From a virus (Duplodnaviria > Caudoviricetes), in IMG/VR virus record IMGVR_UViG_3300014204_000128, positions 32,001 to 96,000 of that record: 64,000 bases of DNA, one strand, 5' to 3'. The position numbers and the translations under genes are program-made. Numbering within the stretch: the stretch's first letter is position 1; every line of letters starts with the position of its first letter. Shown piece by piece: positions 9,911-19,423 of this stretch. Under the pieces are notes generated by a model, which was given only the letters and a program-made list of their open reading frames with translations, ran no database searches and had not been told where the DNA came from.

Positions 9911-10900
9911 ATGAATACACAAGGTAATTATCCTGCATCAGTGCAGGAAGTGTCTATGGGTGTAGTTGTTTCACAGTATCCCGTAGAAATATACAGGGTG
10001 AGTGAAAATAACGTAGACTTGATGACAATCTTAACACAGAATCCCATTGTAACTAAAACCTATTACCACGACAAGATAGGTTTCAGGTTCCACGAGATTC
10101 CAGCAGCACTGCAACTAGGTCTTAAACCGTCTATCCATTATAATTTCCTAGCAGCAGTATGGAACGCAACTAAAGACGGAAAGAACATAGTAGACGGGTC
10201 GTACACGGTGGTACTTCTTAGACTAGCAGAAGAAATGTACAAACGCCTGGTTAAGAAGTTCGAATTAAACGGTGACCTTAGACAACTGGTATTACAAGTA
10301 TACCTTGAAGGTGAGGTAAAATACCAGAAGATGAACTTCGAGGTAGACACGCAGAAGAAACCACCTTATATGCTAGATCAAGCTTTATTTAACCAGGTTA
10401 AAGCTGATGTAATAGACATGAAGCAATACATCGTTCCCGTAGCAGGGGGCACAATCGATGAAGAACGTTTCTGGGAGTTGTGGAAGACAGAGGGTACTGC
10501 TGTAGAAAAGCAGAAAGAGCAGCAATTCAGTGGAAGGGGTATGGTAGGTGCAGGTAATCAACAACAGCAGGGTGGCTTCCAAAGAACGGTACAGCAGCAG
10601 AATAATATCCAACTCCCACAAAGTCAAGGTACACCAGCAAGCATGCTTAGACAAGAGGACTTCAATTTTGGTATGGGCGCACAACAGCAGCCACCATTAC
10701 AGCAATTTCAACCGCAACAACAGAACCAACAGCTCGTGCAACAGCAGCCACCATTACAGCAACAACCTCCTTTGCAGCAAGTTCAGCAGTTTCCAAACGG
10801 CGGTCAACCAGTATTTGACACGCATACTGTAATACATGAAGAAGTGCAACAGCAGCCATTATTTAATAAAATGGGTGACTTCAACTTTGAAACTCCCTAG
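9911..10900 (+). CDS. Putative phage SSB-like protein with a Gln/Pro-rich disordered tail
   Basis: Folded N-terminal ~190 aa, then a Q-rich tail ending DFNFETP; adjacent to ssb. Confidence 0.4.
   Translation: MNTQGNYPASVQEVSMGVVVSQYPVEIYRVSENNVDLMTILTQNPIVTKTYYHDKIGFRFHEIPAALQLGLKPSIHYNFLAAVWNATKDGKNIVDGSYTVVLLRLAEEMYKRLVKKFELNGDLRQLVLQVYLEGEVKYQKMNFEVDTQKKPPYMLDQALFNQVKADVIDMKQYIVPVAGGTIDEERFWELWKTEGTAVEKQKEQQFSGRGMVGAGNQQQQGGFQRTVQQQNNIQLPQSQGTPASMLRQEDFNFGMGAQQQPPLQQFQPQQQNQQLVQQQPPLQQQPPLQQVQQFPNGGQPVFDTHTVIHEEVQQQPLFNKMGDFNFETP
10682..10762 (+). repeat. 24-bp direct repeat encoding QQQPPLQQ
   Basis: CAACAGCAGCCACCATTACAGCAA at 10682-10705 and 10739-10762. Confidence 0.85.
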
Positions 10901-10923
10901 ATAAATATTTCATATATTATTAT

Positions 10924-10956
10924 AAACCTGTACTTTATAAAAAGTACAGGTTTTTA
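10924..10956 (+). terminator. Intrinsic terminator (possibly bidirectional)
   Basis: AAACCTGTACTTT-ATAA-AAAGTACAGGTTT plus T's. Confidence 0.8.
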
Positions 10957-10960
10957 TTTA

Positions 10961-11034
10961 AAATTTTTTCAATAATTTATATTAAATATCGTAACATTTC
11001 ATATATTTGTAACGTTAAAACAGTATAGAACGAA
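10961..11034 (+). promoter_or_regulatory. Repeated early-promoter module, copy 1
   Basis: ATATCGTAACATTTCATATATTTGTAACGTTAAAACAGTATAGAACGAA; contains the Bacteroidota -7 element TAnnTTTG; near-identical to 20041-20113. Confidence 0.75.
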
Positions 11035-11063
11035 GTAATGCTATCATTTAATATATAGGAATC

Positions 11064-11606
11064 ATGGAAACGACTAAATTATCGTTACAGCACTTTAGGG
11101 AAAAGAAACCTTTCAACACTAATAAAGGTTTGTCTGTTTTCAACATTACTGATATACTCGGTGATAATCCATACGAGATAGACTTTGACGTGTACTTGCC
11201 AACAAAGGGGTGTAACTTGCAAAGGGAGTTCTGCTGGACTCTATTGCAGAAACAAGAGTTTATACTGTCATTGCTAAAAGATATAACAATACCACCTTTC
11301 GCATTTATATGCTACGAACGTAAAGTATTCAGGGTAATAGATGGCAAACAAAGACTTGGAGCATGGATAGATTTCTGCAAGGGTATATTTCCGATAGAAG
11401 TAGACGGAAGTACATACTATTTTTCAGATTTAGATAACAGGTGCCAGGGTGAGCTCATGTTTTCAAGGTTTGTACAAGGAGATGTTGCTTACGAGTACGA
11501 AGGTCAACTCATATCAGATAATGACAAGATAGAGTGGTTCGATAGAATAAATTTCAAAGGAACCACTATGGATATAGAACACATGAAGAAATTAAAGGAG
11601 CTATGA
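11064..11606 (+). CDS. DUF262 (GmrS/ParB-superfamily) domain protein
   Basis: LQREFCW...QKQEFILSLL..IPPF...VIDGKQRL...FDRIN. Confidence 0.8.
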   Translation: METTKLSLQHFREKKPFNTNKGLSVFNITDILGDNPYEIDFDVYLPTKGCNLQREFCWTLLQKQEFILSLLKDITIPPFAFICYERKVFRVIDGKQRLGAWIDFCKGIFPIEVDGSTYYFSDLDNRCQGELMFSRFVQGDVAYEYEGQLISDNDKIEWFDRINFKGTTMDIEHMKKLKEL

Positions 11607-12055
11607 GAACACTAGTTAAACTAGATAGTAAATTATGGTACGAATACATACTCGCAGGGGACTCGTTCGTGACATTAAAAAGTCTAAGAACTGGTTCTGA
11701 AATGTCATATCACATACAGAAGCAAACAGCTATCAGGCATATACATCATGTAAGGTACAGGGTAGAAAGCAAGAAAGGGGCACAATACATATATGTAGGT
11801 ACTATATTCGATAAAAAGTTCTTTAGGTTGTCTGGAAAATCACGGGTAACCCTTGATTCAGTTATATACGTGGCATTCAACTACGTTATAGAGAAACTAA
11901 GGAATGGTGTAATAGACATGGGGGTTGAAATATACCATGAAGGCAAATGTGGCAGGTGTGGTAGGCGGTTAAACTCTGAAGAATCGATGAAAACAGGGTA
12001 TGGTTCAGATTGCGTAAGCAAAATAAAACACAAAATATTGTATAATATATCGTAA
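11603..12055 (+). CDS. Zinc-finger protein (DUF6011-like)
   Basis: HEGKCGRCGRRLNSEESMKTGYGSDC. Confidence 0.7.
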   Translation: MRTLVKLDSKLWYEYILAGDSFVTLKSLRTGSEMSYHIQKQTAIRHIHHVRYRVESKKGAQYIYVGTIFDKKFFRLSGKSRVTLDSVIYVAFNYVIEKLRNGVIDMGVEIYHEGKCGRCGRRLNSEESMKTGYGSDCVSKIKHKILYNIS

Positions 12056-12080
12056 CATTTCATATATTTGTAACGTTAAA
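12047..12080 (+). promoter_or_regulatory. Repeated early-promoter module, copy 2
   Basis: ATATCGTAACATTTCATATATTTGTAACGTTAAA, identical to the core of copy 1. Confidence 0.75.
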
Positions 12081-12103
12081 CAAGTATATATAAATTAGAA
12101 ATC

Positions 12104-12334
12104 ATGGCAAAACAAGGTACATTAAAAGTAGGAGACATCGTAACTATGAAAAACATACGATTTCATGGTAATACAGAAGGTGTAATAAAAGAACTTAATG
12201 TAAAAGACAAACAAGGTTTTATATGTGTACTGGTCAAGTGGGGAGACATGTCTGAAAAAGGATGGTTTCAAAATGGTATAATACAAGAATATGATTTGGA
12301 ACTGGCAAATGTTAAAAGGTGTAATATTTATTAA
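12104..12334 (+). CDS. Small hypothetical protein (SH3/KOW-like)
   Basis: LKVGDIVT...EGVIKEL. Confidence 0.55.
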   Translation: MAKQGTLKVGDIVTMKNIRFHGNTEGVIKELNVKDKQGFICVLVKWGDMSEKGWFQNGIIQEYDLELANVKRCNIY

Positions 12335-12367
12335 ATATGTTAATTTATACAAAGAAGCGGGTTAATC

Positions 12368-12934
12368 ATGGAAACGACTAAAAATAACGTGGCACTATTA
12401 GTGCATGACATAATGGACTGTGACTTAAACTGTAATACTGAACTAGACATGGTCAACAAATTAATAAGGTGGGTCTACTCAGGAGGGTTACTAAATGAAA
12501 TTGAATTAGAAGTCAAAAGACTAGGTGATACATTTAATGACTACTATTCCAATGATTGTATTATCATTGCAGAAAAATTAAAAAAAGAAATACATGCACA
12601 AGCATACACAGATGATGACATTGCTAACATCATTGTTATGGAAGCCCATGTTCGTTACGGGTACTGTGTTGAAAACTTCATACAACTAAGGAAACACGGG
12701 TTATTGAAACTACTAAGAAGTTTTAGTACTAAACTAGTTGGGGACATACAAGAAGTATTGACAATTGGTAGGTACACTGTAGTTAAGACATTTAAAGGAA
12801 CTCACTTAAAGTATTATTCCATTGTTGAGGATGAACTGGTAAATACACAAAGTAATACACTGGAAGAAGCATTGTGTTACTGCTTGAATGAGACATACGC
12901 AGCAGCAATGTACACACTAGTAAGTGCAAAATAG
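12368..12934 (+). CDS. Hypothetical protein
   Basis: 188-aa ORF. Confidence 0.6.
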   Translation: METTKNNVALLVHDIMDCDLNCNTELDMVNKLIRWVYSGGLLNEIELEVKRLGDTFNDYYSNDCIIIAEKLKKEIHAQAYTDDDIANIIVMEAHVRYGYCVENFIQLRKHGLLKLLRSFSTKLVGDIQEVLTIGRYTVVKTFKGTHLKYYSIVEDELVNTQSNTLEEALCYCLNETYAAAMYTLVSAK

Positions 12935-13246
12935 ATGGAACTCAGGTGGAAACTAGTCAGTTACAAATTGAAGGACAGTGCAACAAGGTCAGGTAAAGAA
13001 TTGTATGCAGGCCTGATAAAGGTAGCAGAATACAGGTGGTTAGTAAAAGCACCAGCAGGTTCAGGATACCAGTTCATTTGCCAGGTACACTTGCCAGGAA
13101 TACAAGGTGTATCATATTTTAAAGGGAAAGAAGAATGTGAGAAATTCATGGTGACATCAACAATTAACTGGTTTAATTTAACAGTAAAAAAGTATGAAAG
13201 AGACAGGGAAAGCTACTGTGTTTTACAAAGTGTTAAAATTCATTAA
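12935..13246 (+). CDS. Hypothetical protein
   Basis: 103-aa ORF. Confidence 0.55.
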   Translation: MELRWKLVSYKLKDSATRSGKELYAGLIKVAEYRWLVKAPAGSGYQFICQVHLPGIQGVSYFKGKEECEKFMVTSTINWFNLTVKKYERDRESYCVLQSVKIH

Positions 13247-13409
13247 GGTAAAAGAAGACGGGTCATACGTAAGGGTAGCAATTTTTACAGACAAGAACAG
13301 TAATGTTAGTATTGTAAGGGTATCAGATGATAAACTTACAGAAGGACTTAGATACAATTGTAAACTAGAAGCAAAACCAACTAGGTATGTGCAACGAATA
13401 CAGGTATGA
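13194..13409 (+). CDS. Hypothetical protein
   Basis: 71-aa ORF overlapping its neighbours. Confidence 0.5.
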   Translation: MKETGKATVFYKVLKFIKVKEDGSYVRVAIFTDKNSNVSIVRVSDDKLTEGLRYNCKLEAKPTRYVQRIQV

Positions 13410-13845
13410 AGAACCTTGCAAAAGCTTGGTTACTTTCTACAATAAAGTATGGTACGGGGTAAACAAGGTGGCACCAGAACTGATAAAAAGCAGGTATTTC
13501 TCCGGTAAGGAGGAGGGACAGACAAGATCGTTCTGGCAGAGGGTAGCAACGGGTTCACTAGTTCATACAGTAGGCAACTTGCATATAGAATCTGACATAC
13601 ACTCAGGTATAAGAGTGTTCAGATTACAGGTAGGTGAAAAGACTAATATCCCAAAAATGGTATCAACAGGGGAAGGATTCGATGGAAGCGCATACATATT
13701 CAGGGGTAAGAAGCAAGTTGGGTATATAAGCATAACAAAACTACAAGATGGTTCAGACAAATTCGCAGCAGATATAGCAAAAGAAGGTAAGTTCGACAAA
13801 AGTGAATTAACGGTACGTAAGACATGGGATAGTATAAATGTATAA
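13387..13845 (+). CDS. Hypothetical protein
   Basis: 152-aa ORF. Confidence 0.55.
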   Translation: MCNEYRYEEPCKSLVTFYNKVWYGVNKVAPELIKSRYFSGKEEGQTRSFWQRVATGSLVHTVGNLHIESDIHSGIRVFRLQVGEKTNIPKMVSTGEGFDGSAYIFRGKKQVGYISITKLQDGSDKFAADIAKEGKFDKSELTVRKTWDSINV

Positions 13846-13906
13846 TTACAGTATGAAACTCTCCCAGAATGTCTGATTTTAATAGACAACTATAAATTAT
13901 ACAGAT

Positions 13907-14113
13907 ATGGAAACAAGTGTAAAAGGTTATTACTACAACGCTGGTAACAATCAAGCGGTATTCGTACCGATACTAGATATAGGTCCTGAACTGGATGGAT
14001 ACACGTTCACGTGTACAAGAAACACAGGTAAGTTATGGGTGTGTACAGAAGACTTGTGGTTGACGGAAGAAAATGCATTAATTAACAGGGTAGCATTAAT
14101 CATGAACAACTAA
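13907..14113 (+). CDS. Hypothetical protein
   Basis: 68-aa ORF. Confidence 0.5.
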   Translation: METSVKGYYYNAGNNQAVFVPILDIGPELDGYTFTCTRNTGKLWVCTEDLWLTEENALINRVALIMNN

Positions 14114-14157
14114 CATTATTCAACGATATTCATTAATTTTTACAATAATGTTTAAAG

Positions 14158-15285
14158 ATGAAAGAGAAATTTGAAAATAGACGGTTAACTGGCAAGTTAC
14201 GGGTTAAACTAGAAAGAGATGACCACGATTGTGGTAAGTACTGGGAAGCAGACAAGCAACAAGTTATTAACTGCATAATCTCAGTGTTGAAAGACTACAA
14301 GTCACAGGGTTATATCCTAACATTGAGACAGCTGTATTACCAACTGGTTTCAAAGAATATAATGCCCAATGATAATATCTGTTACAGTAAACTTTCCTCG
14401 TTGCTTGATGACTGTAGATACTCAGGTGTTGTTGACTGGGACTCCATAGAAGATAGAGGCAGGGTTCCTTACACGCCATACTTTGAAAACTCAGTAAAAG
14501 AAGCATTGCAAAGAACAATAGATTGCTACAAGCTAGACAAGAGGTTAGGTCAGGATGTATACGTGGAACTATGGTCTGAGAAAGATGCAATCTCTAACAT
14601 ACTGAAGGAGACAGTTAAGGATTACACTCTAACGGTAGGTATAAACAAGGGTTTCGCAAGTTCCACGGCAATGTACAACGCATACATGCGATTCATGCCA
14701 ATGATGCTAGAAGGGAAGAAGGTAGTGGTTCTGTACGCAGGTGACCATGACCCTAGTGGTCTGGACATGGTACGTGATATCAGGGAACGCTTGGAATACT
14801 TTATGTCCAAGGGTTCATACAAGACAAAACTATGGGATGAATACATTCAAAGAAACGGGGATACATCTATTGTAAACATTATGTTTGACAGGTATCCAGA
14901 ATTAGTAGGAAGGTGTAAAGAAATCATACCAAAAGAAGATGATGATGAAATGTCAGATGAAGCATACGAAGAATTGGTGCAGATACAAGCTCTTTGCGTG
15001 GTTAAAGAATACTTTGTTGTTAAGCCGATATGCTTGACAAGGGAACAGATAGATTACTATAACTTACCACCAAACCCTGCTAAAATCTCTGATCCTCGTG
15101 CAAAGAAATACATAGAAGAACACGGTGATGTATCGTGGGAGGTTGACGCATTAAGTCCAAGAATACTCAGATCTATTATACTGGAAGCAGTTAAAGAATG
15201 TATAGATATGGACAAGTATGAAGAGGTAATAATACAAGAAGAAAAGGATATAGAAATTATAAGGGGTTATATTGCTAATATGTAA
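14158..15285 (+). CDS. TopoVI-A/Spo11/JetD-like winged-helix plus TOPRIM protein
   Basis: LTLRQLYYQL (catalytic-Tyr-type helix), ELWSEKDA, AGDHDPSG, WEVDAL. Confidence 0.75.
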   Translation: MKEKFENRRLTGKLRVKLERDDHDCGKYWEADKQQVINCIISVLKDYKSQGYILTLRQLYYQLVSKNIMPNDNICYSKLSSLLDDCRYSGVVDWDSIEDRGRVPYTPYFENSVKEALQRTIDCYKLDKRLGQDVYVELWSEKDAISNILKETVKDYTLTVGINKGFASSTAMYNAYMRFMPMMLEGKKVVVLYAGDHDPSGLDMVRDIRERLEYFMSKGSYKTKLWDEYIQRNGDTSIVNIMFDRYPELVGRCKEIIPKEDDDEMSDEAYEELVQIQALCVVKEYFVVKPICLTREQIDYYNLPPNPAKISDPRAKKYIEEHGDVSWEVDALSPRILRSIILEAVKECIDMDKYEEVIIQEEKDIEIIRGYIANM

Positions 15286-15288
15286 GGT

Positions 15289-15837
15289 ATGAAATTTGAA
15301 GAATGGTTCAATAAAGCTATTATAGTATCACAGACACCTAACAACTCTGTAGGGTGGTTCTTAGAAAAATACAGTAATGTAGACGTGGTTATAAACGTTT
15401 CAGATGACATCTCATTTGAAATCTATAGACGCATGACAGGTACAGGTAAGGAATACTGGTGGTTTCCTATGAACGAGCGTATGAAAGACATGGGTCTAAA
15501 TTCAATTTACGGGGCTATGCTAGTAATGGCTGAAGCTGAGTTGACTAGTAAAACTGTATTCCTACATTGTATCGGTGGTGTGAATAGATCTCAGTTAGTT
15601 AATCAATGTTACTATTATATAAGGACAGGTAGACATTACACTGATGAACACTGTAAGGACACACGGTGGGTAAACGAAATAGAACGAGCATGTAATCGTG
15701 GTTACCTGCCACCATTCGCTGAACTATCTGATTTTTTACTAACTATCAGTGACAAGATAGGTGTACAGGTTAAAGAAAAGAAACTGCATGGTGGGTTCTT
15801 AACCAAAGCAAAGATAGACACAATTCATAATTTTTAA
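15289..15837 (+). CDS. Dual-specificity/Tyr phosphatase-like protein
   Basis: CX5R loop FLHCIGGVNRS. Confidence 0.75.
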   Translation: MKFEEWFNKAIIVSQTPNNSVGWFLEKYSNVDVVINVSDDISFEIYRRMTGTGKEYWWFPMNERMKDMGLNSIYGAMLVMAEAELTSKTVFLHCIGGVNRSQLVNQCYYYIRTGRHYTDEHCKDTRWVNEIERACNRGYLPPFAELSDFLLTISDKIGVQVKEKKLHGGFLTKAKIDTIHNF

Positions 15838-15841
15838 ATGT

Positions 15842-16297
15842 ATGCCTATAACGGATATAAAATACGGTGTTCCCATAACAGAAAACAAGTGTATGGACTT
15901 GATATATGCTAGAGGTCATGTCTCAGGTGAACTGATAAAGAATATCGTTTTTACGGTACTGGATGACCACATGAATATGTTATTCAATCCTAACCTAAAT
16001 ATAGCGAAGTCACTCGGTGAGGTTCATTACTCATTAGACAGGACGTTGGAATTGTTGAGGTATGTCAAGGGAAACACTCCATTTGATTTTAAGATAGACA
16101 TGGTAGACTTTCACATGGTCGACGGTGAGTGGGAGTATGTCGCAAGTGTCAGGTATGAGATAAAGATTTTCGGAAGTCACAGTATGACAGACAACGGTAC
16201 TGTATTCTATAAAAAACAACTCACTGCAGATGATTGGAAGAACCAGTTAGAGCCACGTATTATGCGTGTGGTTAATAACTATTTACAAAAATATTAG
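15842..16297 (+). CDS. Hypothetical protein
   Basis: 151-aa ORF. Confidence 0.55.
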   Translation: MPITDIKYGVPITENKCMDLIYARGHVSGELIKNIVFTVLDDHMNMLFNPNLNIAKSLGEVHYSLDRTLELLRYVKGNTPFDFKIDMVDFHMVDGEWEYVASVRYEIKIFGSHSMTDNGTVFYKKQLTADDWKNQLEPRIMRVVNNYLQKY

Positions 16298-16315
16298 TAA
16301 ATAGTTGTAAAAAGG

Positions 16316-16346
16316 TTTGTTTGTATGTAACCTTTTACTACTTTTG
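16316..16346 (+). promoter_or_regulatory. Bacteroidota housekeeping-type promoter
   Basis: TTTG (16316-19), 19-nt spacer, TACTTTTG (16339-46); matches the -33/-7 consensus. Confidence 0.7.
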
Positions 16347-16380
16347 TGGTACAAACAAGTATATTTAAAGATACAAAAGT

Positions 16381-16617
16381 ATGGCAACAAGAGAAGACTT
16401 CAAACTGGTAAGACCAGACAGTCACATGGTAGTAAATCCAGTAAGAGGGTATACTCACACGATAGATGGTATACACTTCTTACTGGAAAAAGCGCTGGTA
16501 GCTTTTCCATCACTACGATTAAAAGAATGCCCACATTGTCGGGCACTCGAAAAAAGACTCTCATCAGGGGAATATAAAGCTGTAAAAGGCGCATCATCAT
16601 TAGATCATTGTTTATAA
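16381..16617 (+). CDS. Hypothetical protein (CPHC motif)
   Basis: 78-aa ORF downstream of the promoter. Confidence 0.55.
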   Translation: MATREDFKLVRPDSHMVVNPVRGYTHTIDGIHFLLEKALVAFPSLRLKECPHCRALEKRLSSGEYKAVKGASSLDHCL

Positions 16618-16709
16618 GGACTAAATTTTACCAATTGCTACATTTAATGTAGACATACTGCACTAGTATAGGGTTACAATGATATAAATAACAAATACAT
16701 ACAGATAAT

Positions 16710-18098
16710 ATGAATATTGATTTAGAAAAAGAAAGAATGATGTTCATCCTGGACAAGCTCTCTCAAGTAAATGCTTGCAAGGGTACAGGGTCAGCAGCTA
16801 AGAAAATTCAGTTAATAAAAGATTGCATAGTAGAAGGAGATGACTTGATCGAATTTGTTCTACGCACGGCATTCGACCCGTTCTGGGTGACTCATATAAG
16901 CACGATAAAGATGGTAGGAAACGATAGACCCTCTACAATAAGTTTCAGGGAATTAGTCGGATCGCTATTAAAGGTGAAAGCAGTCAATAATGATTTACGG
17001 GAAGAAGTAAGTGGGTACATACTCAGTTATCCTGAAACATACAGGGAAATGCTTGGCAAGTTGATAACGAAGAGAATCAATATCGGTGTTGATGTTAAAT
17101 CAATAAACAAGGCACTGGGAAAGGTACTCATTCAGGACGTTGAGATAATGAAAGCTGACTCTGATATAGAAATAGTTAAGAAGTGGTTCGAAACAGGGGA
17201 GGAAGTCTGGGCTGAGATGAAGTACGACGGGATTCGTGGTTTCTCTGAAATGGTTCGGGGTTCTGTTGTCTCAACTAAAACCTACAATATGTCTGAAATG
17301 GACATAGACATCATGTGCAACATTACGGAACAGTTGAACAAGATGGGTAAAACATGGATGAAGACACTCAATATAGACCATTTCTTCTTTGACTTCGAGT
17401 TGACAGATGCAGCACGCCAGTCTATCTCAGGTGAAATAAACAAACTGTTGAAGGGTACGGCAGCGAAAGGGTGTGATGAAAAGTGGAAGGCAAATATATT
17501 CGACGTTCACACGTGGGACATATTCGAAGGGGTAAAAAGTGAAGTATCATATAACAAAAGAAGATATATTCTCGAAGGTATTCACAAGTTAACGCTCAGG
17601 GATGGTGAACTTAAAAATATACTCATTGCTGAAAGATGGAAGGTTCATAATTATGAAGAACTGTTAGCACTATTTACACTTGTACTAGAACAAGGATGTG
17701 AGGGTCTGGTGGTGAAATGTGGATCAGGTGTGTATGAGTTGAAAAGATCAAAGAACTGGGTTAAGTGTAAGGCTGTGAAGGATTGTGATCTAATGATAGT
17801 ATCATGGTTCAAAGGAGAACAAGGAACTAAACGTGAAAAATCAATAGGTGGTTTCACTTGTGTAAGTTCTGACGGTGGTTTGGTTGTATCGGTTGGTTCC
17901 GGTTTCAAAGATAAGATGTTAGATGAAATCATGAAAAATGGGCCTGACTCATATATTGGTAAAATAGCAAAGATAAAGTACAATATGACTATTACCAAGA
18001 GTGATAGTGATATAATGTCTCTATTCCTACCGAGATTCGTTGAGATACGAATTGACAAGGCAGTGGCAAACTCAATAGAAGAAATAAAGAACATCTAA
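16710..18098 (+). CDS. ATP-dependent DNA ligase
   Basis: EMKYDGIR, FDFEL, IFDV, EGLVVK, KRSKNWVKCK, VGSGF, SLFLPRF. Confidence 0.92.
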   Translation: MNIDLEKERMMFILDKLSQVNACKGTGSAAKKIQLIKDCIVEGDDLIEFVLRTAFDPFWVTHISTIKMVGNDRPSTISFRELVGSLLKVKAVNNDLREEVSGYILSYPETYREMLGKLITKRINIGVDVKSINKALGKVLIQDVEIMKADSDIEIVKKWFETGEEVWAEMKYDGIRGFSEMVRGSVVSTKTYNMSEMDIDIMCNITEQLNKMGKTWMKTLNIDHFFFDFELTDAARQSISGEINKLLKGTAAKGCDEKWKANIFDVHTWDIFEGVKSEVSYNKRRYILEGIHKLTLRDGELKNILIAERWKVHNYEELLALFTLVLEQGCEGLVVKCGSGVYELKRSKNWVKCKAVKDCDLMIVSWFKGEQGTKREKSIGGFTCVSSDGGLVVSVGSGFKDKMLDEIMKNGPDSYIGKIAKIKYNMTITKSDSDIMSLFLPRFVEIRIDKAVANSIEEIKNI

Positions 18099-18497
18099 TT
18101 GTAACGAAATTTAAAACATAAGGGTATGACAAGGGAAGAAGGTAAAGAAACTATTAAACGTGCTGAAGAACGTTTCACTGAGCTTACTAACAATTTAACC
18201 AAAAACATCACAATGATGGTATCTGTTATTACAGGGGTGCTGAATGGGTATTCAATCATGATTTAAAAACCAATATAGTTTGAATAAGGTATTCGTTAAT
18301 AAGGTCAGTTTTTGAATCTAAGTTTGGTTTTAACTAACAATAAGATCAAAGAGTTAACTACTAGTTGGGTAAATACATAGGTTGCGATGGGTTTACAACT
18401 GGTAAGTGCTCCAGGACGTACCACCAATGGTTTGGTAAACACACTAGTTGCAGTGAATTAATAGCATTAGAAATAAAAACAACTAACTATTTAGAAA

Positions 18498-18785
18498 ATG
18501 AAGACAAAAGACGGGGAAGGTAACAGGGTCGTGTATGTAGTGCAATCAACTATCAATATGGATGAAATTTATGTATTCACTGAAAATCCAGTCATGTGCG
18601 AAACTATGAGTAAAGTAACAGGTTCTAAGTGGTCTGCTGAAACAATAGTATATCACACTAATAAAAAGAAAGAACGTAAATTCGAATACAGGGGTTATAA
18701 GATACATGTGTGTGCTGAAATAAAGGGTCCAAGTAGGGGAAGCATAGAAAAAATGTTAAAGAAACGATTTGAATCAATTCATTAA
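18498..18785 (+). CDS. Hypothetical protein
   Basis: 95-aa ORF. Confidence 0.5.
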   Translation: MKTKDGEGNRVVYVVQSTINMDEIYVFTENPVMCETMSKVTGSKWSAETIVYHTNKKKERKFEYRGYKIHVCAEIKGPSRGSIEKMLKKRFESIH

Positions 18786-18864
18786 TAAATTATAGTAAAG
18801 AAACTACGTACAAAAAGTACCACTTTTTTGGAACTATGCAAATGAGAAAACAAAGACGGACTAT

Positions 18865-19423
18865 ATGGATTATATAAAAGAACATTTAGATAAAATATGC
18901 AGTTACATATCTTCAAAAGACACTAATACGAAGATATCATTGCTAAACGAGGTAAGGGAAAGATTGCACAGCATTTCTCCTTTCAAGAACGAACCCAGTT
19001 GATTTAGTAACATGGGTTCCTAATAATATAGTAGTGGCAAACGACTACAATCCAAACAAGGTAGCACCACCAGAAATGGAACTACTTGAAGTTTCAATAG
19101 TAAATGATGGTTACACACAACCTATAGTGACGTGGTCTGAAGGTAACGGTAAAGTAGAAGTAATAGACGGTTTTCACAGGAACAGGGTCGGTAAAGAGTC
19201 TAATCTTGTCAGGCAACGTGTACTAGGTTACCTTCCAGTTGTAGGAATTCACAAAGAACAGTCTAACAAGAGTGACAGGAACATGCTAGTAGCTAGTATA
19301 GCATGCGTGCATGGTGAGGTAATAATGACATGGGGTACTAATGAAGAAGACAAGGTAAAGTACAAGGCTTTCAATTACAGATGGTATCAATGCACGGTGA
19401 TAAGTTCAACGGGTCATTCATAA
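18865..19423 (+). pseudogene. Frameshifted and truncated IbrB/YbdM-like (ParB-type) gene
   Basis: ATG 18865 reads ...NEVRERLHSISPFKNEP, then an extra C near 18995 gives a TGA. The +1 frame continues VDLVTWVP..ANDYNPNKVAPPEM..DGFHR. Homology is lost after SNKSDR (no ASTIRHNRARG). Confidence 0.75.

Noticed and set aside
18099-18497. Possible ncRNA or tRNA in the gap after the ligase
   Set aside because: It looks like short ORF debris (a ~46-codon ORF at 18126); no cloverleaf or strong stems. No tRNA was recognised anywhere in the window by eye.
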